DNA from: Octopus sinensis
Lineage: Eukaryota
NCBI RefSeq assembly: GCF_006345805.1
Contig: NC_043006.1
Coordinates: 74,462,001-74,526,000 of the forward strand
Direction of reading: 5' to 3'
Length of the DNA stretch: 64,000 nucleotides
The notes below the pieces were generated by a model. That model did not search any database. It saw nothing but the letters and a program-made list of their open reading frames with translations, and was not told the origin of the DNA. How positions within the stretch are numbered: position 1 is the stretch's first letter; the number at the start of each line of letters is the position of its first letter. A program made the position numbers and the translations under genes. Below are positions 39,241 through 52,146 of the stretch, piece after piece.

Positions 39241-40551
39241 TCCATCCTAGGTAAAAGACACCGTATAGACTACGTCAGGGACCTAACTCATAGGAGGCAT
39301 AACTTTATATATAGGATCCGGGATAGTTTTTCTTAATCATTTTTTTCTTAAACAAAGCACGTCATATATGCCATCAAATATGGTATATATATATATATAC
39401 ACAAATATATACATAAATACATGATGGCTTCAACTCAGTTTCAAGAACTGCTATCCTTTCATTGTTCACTTAAACATGAGCACCATGGATGTATGAGTTC
39501 TCTTTTCCTGTTGGTCCTGCTAGTTTCATACACTCCTTTACACAGTGGTAGCAATGATGGGCGCCTCTTGTAGCAGGTGTTCAAGGAAGTTATCACCGAT
39601 ACACACAAGTACCTTCATTCCGTCACGGAAGCTTTTCGAGAGTATTTTGAAGCACATTATAAAGACGATACTATAAATCTTAAACATTGAGCGACGCTCT
39701 GCCCGAAGTTTTGCCTAGAACCAGTACCTCTTTGTCAGAAGGATAGGCATTTGCTTAAAATGAAGAACTAGTCTACAACACTGGGTGAAAACGATGTGAC
39801 GCGTGTTACAACAGAGTTTTCTACTAGAGCGCTGTCTAAACAAAGATTAAGGGGGTTTCACGGCCAGCTGTAGGATAACCGTTGCGTGTCTACTGAGGTT
39901 TTTTTGCCCACTTACATTATTTGATTTTCCTTCTACATGGTGTCCAACGAAATTCATCTTCCTTAACAATCAGGCTTGGTAGTGTTGACGACTTATTCAC
40001 CAACAGTCAAACCATGCGACACGTTGTTTGGGGTACAACAGCGATATTATAACTGTTTAAGTAACCTGAACATGTAAATACATACACATATACATGTATG
40101 CATATATCCATACATCCATACATACATATACATACTTACATACATATATACATGCTTACATACGCAACAGGTTGGATATCGATGTTTGCGCAGACAAGAA
40201 AATGTATGTACCATCATAGAGATCAGCTGCTTTGCTGATGTTGGGGTTAGGGTGATTGTGAGATCGTGGGTTCGATTCCCAGACCTGGCGTTGCGTCGTG
40301 CTTTCGAGCAAAGCACTTTCGTTTCACGTTGCTCTGCGATCATTTCGTCATCTGACATGTGGCAAATGTTGCACCTGTACAGTTAACGCCGATAGAGGGA
40401 TTGAGTTTATGTGTACACAAACATTTGGTCACTATAAACAAATGATCTATGTGGTTGTTCGGTGAGAGAGTCCATGAAGTATAGATACCCGAACACACAA
40501 TTCCCAGCATCATGGGTATTGAAATACCTAAACTCCAACGAATTCTGAGGC

Positions 40552-40951
40552 ACGGGAGTGGCTGTGTGGTAAGAAGCTTGCTTAAAAACCACATGATTCC
40601 AGGTTCAATCCCACCGAGTGGCACCTTGGACAAGTGTCTTCTACTATAGTCTCAGGCTGACCAGAGCCTTGTGAGAGGCTTTGGTAGACGGAAACTGAAA
40701 GAAACACGTCACACACACGTATGTATGTATATATACATACATATATACATACATACATACATATACATACATATATATATATACATACATACACATATAT
40801 ATATACATACATACATATATATACACACATACATATATATATACATACATACATATATATATATATACACACACACGCATATATATACACACACACACAT
40901 ACACACACACTCACACACACACCACACACACACACACACACAAACATATAT

Positions 40952-40993
<42 letters not shown>

Positions 40994-41211
40994 TGTGTGT
41001 ATTTGTATTTCTGTGTTTGTCCCTCCCGCACCATCAATTAACAACCAATGTATGTGTCTTTACGTCCGCGTAACTTAGCAGTTCGGCAAAACAGTCCGAT
41101 AGAATAAGTACTATACTTAAAACGAATAAGACCTGGAGTTGATTTGTTCGACTAAAAGCGGTACTACAGTATGGCCGCAGTTAAGAGACTGAAGCAAATA
41201 AAAGGGTAAAA

Positions 41212-41212
<1 letters not shown>
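40552..41212 (+). mobile_element. SINE family B with ~300-bp internal microsatellite expansion
   Basis: Head at 40552, (TA/CA/TACA)n at about 40710-41000, tail to about 41212. Confidence 0.85.
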
Positions 41213-41261
<49 letters not shown>

Positions 41262-41995
41262 ATAAAACGGTAAGATAACAAAAGAAAGAAAGAGACCTCA
41301 ATATTATGTAAATAGAGGAAATTTATCTATACAATAATATGTTACATTACTCGGTAGTCAAGATAAAACTCTGAGTTTCAGGTGCCGAAGTGGAAATCCA
41401 CAACACCATCTCTTCGGTTATCTGGCTATTTGAAAACGCTATGAAAAAATACCGTTAAATAAAGGGAAATTACTGTGTTATAACTCTGCTTGCCTGCGTA
41501 CTTATACATCGCTCGCATTTTTCGTCATAAAAATTATATAAAAATACATAAAAAATATATAAAAATATTAAAAAATATATAAATTCTTCTTGAGACATAA
41601 CATAGAAAGCATGTTCTATCTGTTTTCTTTAGGGGACCAAAAACGTAACAGAAATTTAGTCACATGTGGGCATGATCCGAAAAGCTCTGTCCTTGTATTT
41701 AGACATGTAGTAGGGTCTAAGCTGCTTTTCCAGATAAGCCATCTCTCCATATCGCATAGACCGCACCTTCCGCTGCCGTTGGTATAGGGCTTACATCTGG
41801 CCAAAATCTTCCATTGTATCTTATAATCGACACCTTTATCTCTTAAAGACCAAATATGATTAGATAATTGTGTCGCTTTTCTTTTGTTCCAGTGCCTAAA
41901 GCTCAAAGTGTGATTATTGAACCTGGCCTTGAAATTACCCTCTGTAAGGCCCACGTATTTCTTCGTCGAAACGGTGTCTTTAGTGGTTATAGAGT

Positions 41996-42372
41996 TAACC
42001 ACTAAAGACACCGTTTCGACGACGAAGAAATACGTGGGCCTTACAGAGGGTAATTTCAAGGCCAGGTTCAATAATCACACTTTGAGCTTTAGGCACTGGA
42101 ACAAAAGAAAAGCGACACTATTATCTAATCATATTTGGTCTTTAAGAGATAAAGGTGTCGATTATAACATACAATGGAAGATTTTGGCCAGATGTAAGCC
42201 CTATACCAACGGCAGCGGAAGGTGCGGTCTATGCGACATGGAGAGATGGCTTATCTGGAAAAGCAGCTTAGACCCTACTACATGTCTAAATACAAGTACA
42301 GAGCTTTTCGGATCATGCCCACATGTGACTAAATTTCTGTTACGTTTTTGGTCCCCTAAAGGAAACAGATAG
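41996..42372 (+). pseudogene. PLE C-terminal GIY-YIG-like endonuclease (mirror copy at 41616-41989 on the minus strand)
   Basis: KKYVGLTEGNFKARFNNH..SF..T.LSNHIW.L..WKIL..Y..GS.RC.LC..E..I...LNT.TELFGSCPH..KFLL. YVG, R...H, CxLC, LN.R.E and C.H features resemble Hydra-type PLEs (clade assignment from memory). Confidence 0.8.
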
Positions 42373-42564
42373 AACATGCTTTCTATGTTATGTCCCAAGA
42401 AGAATTTATATATTTTTAAATATTTTTATATATTTTTTATGTATTTTTATATAATTTTTATGACGAAAAATGCGAGCGATGTATAAGTACGCAGGCAAGC
42501 AGAGTTATAACACAGTAATTTCCCTTTATTTAACGGTATTTTTTCATAGCGTTTTCAAATAGCC

Positions 42565-42627
42565 AGATAACCGAAGAGATGGTGTTGTGGATTTCCACTT
42601 CGGCATCTGAAACTCAGAGTTTTATCT
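42565..42627 (+). ncRNA. type-I hammerhead-like motif, core CCGAAGA (mirror copy 41361-41423, minus strand)
   Basis: AGATAA-CCGAAGA-[helix II GGTGTT/GGCA(T/C)C plus GTGGA/TCCAC]-GAA-ACTC(A)GAGT-T-TTATCT. Confidence 0.55.
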
Positions 42628-42671
42628 TGACTACCGAGTAATGTAACATATTATTGTATATATATATATAG

Positions 42672-43020
42672 TGGCACTACGTCGGTTACGACGACGAGTG
42701 TTCCAGTTGATCTGATCAACAGAACAGTCTGCTCATGAAATTAACGAACTAGTGACTGAGCACTCCACAGACACGTGTTCCCTTAACGTTGTTCTCGGGG
42801 AGACTCAGCGTGACACAGTGTGACAAGGCTGGCTCTTTGAAATACAGGTACAACAGAAACAGGAAGAAACCGTGAAAGAAAGTTGTGAAAGAATACCGCA
42901 GGGTTTGCCACCACCCCCTGCTGGTTCATCGTGGAGCTTTATGTGTTTTGGTCAATAAACACTCACAACGCCCGCGATCCTATGACCGCGATCCGCTACC
43001 CTACCTACTGAGCCATTACG
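42672..43020 (-). mobile_element. SINE family A
   Basis: tggcactacgtcggttacgacgacg...acaggtacaacagaaacaggaag...aataaacactcacaacgccc. Confidence 0.85.
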
Positions 43021-43784
43021 GAGAACAATTCGCGTAAGAGGACAATAAATTTACTAGTTATATACATTATTATTTATAGTAAATTTTCCTGTATATTCAG
43101 GTGTGTGTGTGTACATATATAAACCATGAGTTATTATTTTAACTAATTTCGCCAGTGTAGTTACTATATGTTGAGGTAATTTGTTCATAAATAAACGCGA
43201 ATTCATATATGTGGGATGTTAGTCGCAAAATAATGTTATACTCGCAGCATCAAGGATAGTTCAAAGAAAAATTTCAAACCCACAATAATTAAGTTAATGT
43301 GTGACTTTATTTTTCTATTTTTGCATGCACGAAATCAAAGGAAACTCAACTGAGCAAATTTTATTTCACTATAGATTAAATGATTCATACATAACTAATT
43401 AAATTTCGTAATTAAAATTATTTTTTCGGTGCAAGCATAGGTGTGTCATATAGAATTTGGAACCACAATTACGAGTTCTCATGTTCAAAGCAGTATAAAG
43501 CTCTGAGGAAATACTATCAGGGAAAAGAAATACACTGATACGATGCAGAAATCCGACAAATGTATGCATGTATGTATGTATGTATGTATGTATGTATGTA
43601 TGTATGTATGTATGTACGTATGTATGTACGTATGTATGTACTACGTGCGTACGTATGTACGTACGTACGTATGTATGTATGTATGTACGTATGTATGTAC
43701 GTACGTATGTATGTATGTATGCATGTGGCTGCAGTCTAATGACTGACACAAGTAAAAAATATACAGATATGTAATATTATTGTT

Positions 43785-43837
<53 letters not shown>

Positions 43838-44050
43838 CATCATCATTATTACTTTTATTATTATCATCATCGTTGTTGTTGTCGTTGTTGTTGTTGCCGA
43901 CATTCCTGATTTTTTCGACCTATCATCGTCCGAGCATTCTTTGAATAATAGTAGTCTCTGTGCAGACCTGCAGGTTTAAATATTAATATTTCGAGTTCTA
44001 GCAACTGTTTATTAATCTGCTATGGCGAAGGGGAAACATATATATAGAAA

Positions 44051-44300
44051 ATGATTAAGGGGGTTGCAGTCTAGGGAGTTAGGTGGCCAGATATTAAGGG
44101 TGATGTGGTTGCAGAAATTGTCTGACAGCCACGGTGAGGTACTCCTACTAGTGTGGCATGGGGCAGAGTCCGGTTGCCAGGCATAGGATCTTTCGATACA
44201 TGTATTGAGGACAAGGTAAGCCAACGGTTGTTCGGTGTGTAAACCATCTCTTCGTATTGGAGATTTCTGCGCGAATGCCAAGCCGCACAACATGTCTTTT
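44051..44300 (-). pseudogene. IS630-Tc1-mariner transposase remnant
   Basis: YAWQPDSAPCHTSR...WLSDNF..HIT.NIWPPNSLDCNPLNH (cf. QQDSAP.H...WPPNSPDCNPLDY). Confidence 0.8.
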
Positions 44301-44660
44301 CCAAATTTCCTTCTCTCTTTCTCTTTAACACTCTTTTCAAATACAAACATACACACACACACACACACACTCCCTCTCTCTCTCACACACACACACACAC
44401 AAGACAATGATCAAAAGGAAATCCAGACAATTTTCTGGAAAGTGACATTTTGCCCCCCCCCCCCATCCTTGGAGTGACCAGCTGGGTTTGCCAAAAGCCA
44501 AGAATCGCTTATTATTGACAGACTGACCAGCTGCAAAGATATAAGATATCAACACAAGTTTTTCTTCTTTCTCTCCTTTTTCTTTAACACAACTTTCAGA
44601 TACAAACACATACATACACACACTGTCTCTCACTTTCTCCCCATTCCTCAACCATATGTT

Positions 44661-45061
44661 TATGGCAAGAATAAAATTGAGGGGATCCGGACGTAATATT
44701 CGTCAGCTGTTAGATATTATATTATATCTATTTACTTTAAACAGTTCAGACAACATATAAATACATGTGTAAAGTTCTAGTAATTTCTAGAATAGAGAAA
44801 GAAGAGCAGTGTCTTACAGCCGTTTCTGCCAAGAGGTCACAGTATCCCACATGAAAAGATGGAAACAACATGTGGGGTATTGTGACCTTTTGGCAGAAAC
44901 AGTTGTAAGAAACAGCTCTTCTTTCTCTATTCTAGAAATTACTAGTACTTTACACATGTATCTATATATTATATGAGCTGTTTAAAATAAACAGACATAA
45001 TATAATGTCTAACAGCTGATGAATAGTACTTCTGGATTCCCTCTATTTTCTTCTTGCCATA
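44661..45061. repeat. ~400-bp imperfect palindrome (fold-back element)
   Basis: Arms 44661-44853 and 44869-45061 (tatggcaaga.../...tcttgccata; ctagtaatttctagaatagagaaagaagagc / gctcttctttctctattctagaaattactag); 15-nt loop. Confidence 0.9.
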
Positions 45062-45231
45062 TACCCATAAGGGTAAAACCACTTATTACCCTCGCCGAAT
45101 TATTAAACTCAGTAGTGTAATTGCCACGCAATAACCAACAATTGTATATTAATTAGGTATTCTACCAGCAGTATATTGGATATATACTATATCTGAGTTG
45201 GTTGGATTCACAACCACTAACTCTCTTTGAA

Positions 45232-45306
45232 TTAGATAGATAGATAGATAGATAGATAGATGGATAGATAGATAGCTGGATAGATGGATAGATAGATGGA
45301 TAGATG

Positions 45307-45341
<35 letters not shown>

Positions 45342-45655
45342 GGATAGAATGATGGATAGATGGATAGATTGATAGTTTGATAGATGGATAGATTGATAGA
45401 TTGATAGATGGATAGATTGATAGATTGATAGATGGATAGATAGATAGATAGATAGATAGATGGATAGATGGATAGATAGATGGATAGATAGATAGATGGA
45501 TAGATAGATGGATAGATGGATAGATAGATGGATGGATAGATTGATAGATTGATAGATGGATAGATAGATAGATAGATAGATGGATAGATTGATAGATGGA
45601 TAGATTGATAGATGGATAGATTGATAGATAGATAGATGGATGGATAGATACATAC
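45232..45655 (+). repeat. mosaic (GATA/GATG/GATT)n microsatellite
   Basis: Direct reading. Confidence 0.95.
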
Positions 45656-47499
45656 ATACATATATACATACATATATGCATAAACACGCACGCGCACGTG
45701 AGTCCGCACAAACTCCCACGCACACACAAACTATATACATTGAGTTTGCTTTTGGTTAGCTTTAGAAAATACACTAACTTTTATTAGAATTATTTCTTTA
45801 GGACAACAACAGAGAAATTTAATGGAGAATCAAATGTTGTTTCTAAATATATTTATAAGAGAATTCAAGAAGTTAGTACTGTTTGCTTATTTTTGCATAT
45901 TTCTGCGATTTGTATTTCTTTTATTCTTTCTTCTCGTTTACCCATTGCTTAAAACAGCGCCATTGTTTTACATTAATAAAATATATTTCTATTGTTAAAA
46001 GTGACAGACGAATTGAATTTCTCTATTGAAACACCTCTAACGTCCATATTGCTTCTATATTTTCCCTTCGATCAAGAAAATAGGTGCGCATTATTAATTG
46101 AGTTGACTTCACTCGATTACAACAACACTGGATTGGTCTAGTACTTAAGAAAACAAAAATTAATGTATGTACAAGCCTGAGTTTGGTTAGTCAGACGAAC
46201 TACCCTATCGTGTTTTAGTTTCGTGGCATTACGTAATGTTTTCTTATATTTCCGCTGTCGACTTTAATCTTCCATGCATACGAAATCGATAAGATAGTCG
46301 TTGTGGAATACTTGGGAGTGATTAACGCAATTGTGACTGTAAACTTCAAAAGTAACAAATGTGTGAAACATTGTGCCTGCGTAAGAAATCAAAGTATACA
46401 CTTGATTATACTAAGACTCGCAGCAGAATTTTAGAGCTTTAGATCATTTCCTTCGTCTGTTAGCGCGAAGTGGTTCAGCTTCCAGTTGAAACGAATTCAA
46501 ATCACGATTATCACAATTTTCAATTGAATCACTTCCTTTATATTGCTAGTGCCACTGCTTTCAGAAAAAGTACGGACGCCCAACGTTACATTTTCCTTCA
46601 TTAAAATTGCTTGAAGTTTGTATCTGGTTAAAGTGAACTTAAATAATTTAAAATCTTGTAAAAATGCCATAGTAGATGACAGAAGTCCCTGTTAAGGCTA
46701 GCTTCTATTGTGGTTTCAAGTTTTGGTTCGGTGACAATTTTGTATCATCCGTACCAGTAGTAACTTCGTGATAAAAACTTCGCTTATCATAACTTCAAAA
46801 ATTCCCTTTTCTTTTAAAATATAGAATCGCGTCTACTTAATAGAAACTAATTTATTTGCAGGTCTAGTAAAGCAAATTATAAATTATCGGTTATAAACTG
46901 GAAAATAAAAGACCCAAAATTAAATTTAACTTAAATAATGAAGACATAACATTGCAATTATCATCAACGTTTGAGAAATGAGAATTGGCAAACGTCTGAC
47001 TTGGAATAATATCAGTTAATTAAATCTTTAATGTTTGTTTTTGTATTTTCATTTGTGACCACTGGCAGTATTTCGCTTTCTTCCAACGTTTTAAATTCAG
47101 TTTTTATTGTTTTTATATATATATATTTTTTTTATTCGTTTTTCATCTATATTTTTGATATGTTTATATTTTACTCTTTATTATTTTTTATTATTTTTTT
47201 CTATTCAGTTGTTATTCAATTACATAACTTTCTATTCGATTCTTTTCACTTAAATGCGCTTTTTTTTTTCAACTAAAAACCTGCGCCATGAGAACAACTA
47301 TTTCTTTATTTAATATATGACGCTTAAAATCTTTAAAATCTTTACGTAACTATACAATAAAAGAAATGTTATCGGCTGAGAGGAACAACCGCTTCTTTAA
47401 ACAATATATCATTAAACAGAACTAACAACCAGCCAAGATTCATATTCTTATTACTTCAGAGATGAATCATTGTTATTAATATTATAAATATCATGACAA

Positions 47500-47791
47500 G
47501 CAAACATGCATACATGCATACATACATACATACATACATACATACATACATACATACATACATACATACACATACATACATACATACATACATACATACA
47601 CACACACATACATACATACATACATATACATACATACACATATACATACATACATACATACACATACATACATACAACATACATACATACATAATACATA
47701 CATACATACATACATACATACATACATACATACACATACATACATACATACATACATACATACAACATACATACATACATACATACATACA

Positions 47792-47823
<32 letters not shown>

Positions 47824-47910
47824 CATACATACATACATAGATACATACATACATAATACATACATACATATATATATATATAATATATATATATAATATA
47901 TATATATACA
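47500..47910 (+). repeat. (CATA)n/(TA)n microsatellite
   Basis: Direct reading. Confidence 0.95.
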
Positions 47911-47914
47911 TACA

Positions 47915-48464
47915 TATAGGCAATACTATCATTTCATGCATGAAACGATCGTACTGCATTACCTCTGGATATTCTCGTTGCATATTTTGATTTTAATCAC
48001 CTTACTTTGAAATTGTATGGATAATACCGTACTAAATTCTGGTGCCTCAACTTAAATACCATATTTATCTGAATCTAAATTTTTGCTGAACTCATCTACA
48101 CACATCACATATATGTATATACGTGTTTATGTATGTGTGTGTATGTATGTATATATATATATATACACACATATATATGTATATATATATATATACATAC
48201 ATATAGGCAATACTATCATTTCATGCATGAAACGATCGTACTGCATTACCTCTGGATATTCTCGTTGCATATTTTGATTTTAATCACCTTACTTTGAAAT
48301 TGTATGGATAATACCGTACTAAATTCTGGTGCCTCAACTTAAATACCATATTTATCTGAATCTAATTTTTGCTGAACTCATCTACACACATCACATATAT
48401 GTATATACGTGTTTATGTATGTGTGTGTATGTATGTATATATATATATACACACATATATATGT

Positions 48465-48490
<26 letters not shown>
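47915..48490 (+). repeat. direct tandem duplication, 288-bp period
   Basis: ataggcaatactatcatttcatgcatgaaacg... starts at 47915 and again at 48203. Confidence 0.9.
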
Positions 48491-48508
<18 letters not shown>

Positions 48509-48525
48509 ATATACACACATATATA

Positions 48526-48566
<41 letters not shown>

Positions 48567-49039
48567 TATGTATATATATATATATGCATATGTATATACA
48601 CATATATATGTATATATATATATGCATATGTATATACACATATATATGTATTTATATATATATATGTGTGTGTGTGTGTGTTCAAAAGAACATAGGTACC
48701 TGCCACAGAAGTTGGCTATCCTCATCACTAATACAGTAATTATCGCATCAAATATTTTTCTGTCTCTTGCTTCTAAAGCGATATGTAATCATTTCCTATT
48801 CAGTGTTGTGTTTCGCATAAAACATAATAATACAATTAATTAATTATAACTAAATTAATTATCACTAGATGAAATGGATTTCTTGTGAAGAATGGGAAAA
48901 GTTTTCGAGTCATACTGTGTTTGTTTGTGTGTGTGTGTGTACGTGCGCACGCTTATAAATGTGTGTGGGCGCGAGGGAGAGAGAGAGAGAAAGAGATGGA
49001 TATTGAGCGAGAGATTTTTCTGAGGGTCCTAGTTTGATA

Positions 49040-49370
49040 GCCATGTGTTGAGAGGGGTTCTCTGGAGTTTGAATAATTCACCTCTGGAAACATGGCTGTT
49101 TCGTTCAACTTCCTTAAACAACCCTTATTCAGGGACCTTTTGAGCGGGATGGGTTACTCGACCTGAAGAAAATTCTAACTGGGCCTCACCTGCAAAGTCA
49201 TGCACTGTTTATCTTGATATGAGATCCCCATGTCGCGCACAGATGGTTGTGATGCATGTGCCTGGTGTAACCTTATCAGACGGGTAGTCATGATGGGCAT
49301 ACTGGGCTTCGTATATTTTACCCCAGTGTCACTTTGATAGCATACACTGCTCTCTCACTCAATAATAATA

Positions 49371-49400
<30 letters not shown>
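49040..49400 (+). mobile_element. probable non-LTR retroelement 3' end with (AAT)n tail
   Basis: GC-richer segment ending ...ccccagtgtcactttgatagcatacactgctctctcactc(aat)n. Confidence 0.45.
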
Positions 49401-49402
<2 letters not shown>

Positions 49403-49667
49403 TGCACACAAGTGAGCACAAATGCCAAACAAACTGGGAAAAGTAATATTCGAATACCGAAGGTGCTTTTTATCAGAGCTGCTAGATTATCACACAACTG
49501 TATAACTGTTACTCAGAGATTTCCTCAAAAATGTCCGTAAAACGATGACGTGATACTTTGAGCAACAGCTCTGTGATAGTTTTGCAGATTTAATAAAATG
49601 TATACATATGTGTGTGCGTGTGTGCAATATAATATATGCAATTTAATATAATATTTATATATTAAAC

Positions 49668-49940
49668 AAAAACAATTGCAGAGTGGAGGGTGTTTATATA
49701 CCATTTAAGAAACACACCAAAACCATTAGATTCACTTCAACATTTAAATTTAATTTGTCAAAATATTTTCGGCGCTTTGAGACCGCGACCTGTTCAAGCA
49801 CGGAATTTTGTCAGTGAACAGGTCGTGGTCTCAAAGCGACGAAAATATTTTGACAAATTAAATTTAAATGTTGAAGTGAATCTAACGGATTTTGTGTTTC
49901 TTAAATGGCTTATAAACACCTTCCACGCTGCAATTGCTTT
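49668..49940. repeat. inverted repeat, pLTR-like
   Basis: Arms 49668-49796 and 49815-49940; 18-nt spacer agcacggaattttgtcag. Confidence 0.9.
49807..49857 (+). ncRNA. type-I hammerhead-like motif with G3:C8 swapped core (GUGAACA)
   Basis: TTTGTCA-GTGAACA-G-GTCGT(GGTCTCAAA)GCGAC-GAA-AATATT-T-TGACAAA. Confidence 0.65.
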
Positions 49941-50429
49941 CGTTCCAGCACACGATCTCAGACCAGGTCACTTGCTATGCAAGTACATCTCCGTTATTTA
50001 TATATCATATTTTCATATATTATATTCGATTCTATATTTTCGATATCTTATACTTATCCACCCGTAATGAAGAGAACATTCCTTGTTATTGCTTTATATA
50101 TACTATTTACTACTACTCAGACGATAATTTATTTCAGTTACACATTGCAGAATGGTTTTAACAGTGCGCTTAGGAAATGTCTATATACGTTTTTTATATA
50201 TATTAAAGAATCCCATTATTAGGTTTTAAGTTTAATTTCCATGTTTTTTCAATATGTTGATTTAAATTTTTCTCAGTTAAATATGATAAGTTATGAATTA
50301 CTATCTCCCGTATCCTTCAATTCTAATTTCCGTCCTTAAGACGTATATCATTTATCTCTTTTGTTTTTTATTATATTCCCATTTATTCGATAATCTAAAT
50401 AAGAATGGGTGACCCCTATCCTATCTTCT

Positions 50430-51880
<1,451 letters not shown>

Positions 51881-52026
51881 ATATATATATACATGCATAC
51901 ATATATATATATACATATATACATATATACACACACACACACACACATATATATATATTTATATATACATGCATACAAATATATATACATTATATATATA
52001 TACATGCATACATATATATATACATT

Positions 52027-52062
<36 letters not shown>

Positions 52063-52112
52063 GCATACATATATATATACATATACATATATATATATAT
52101 ATACATTATATA

Positions 52113-52146
<34 letters not shown>

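Larger units (their letters stand above)
41260..42660. mobile_element. fold-back PLE: two 5'-truncated copies joined head-to-head, both 3' ends at (TA)n
   Basis: Arms 41328-41989 and 41996-42660 with a 6-nt spacer tagagt; each arm encodes the same endonuclease fragment reading outward. Confidence 0.9.
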
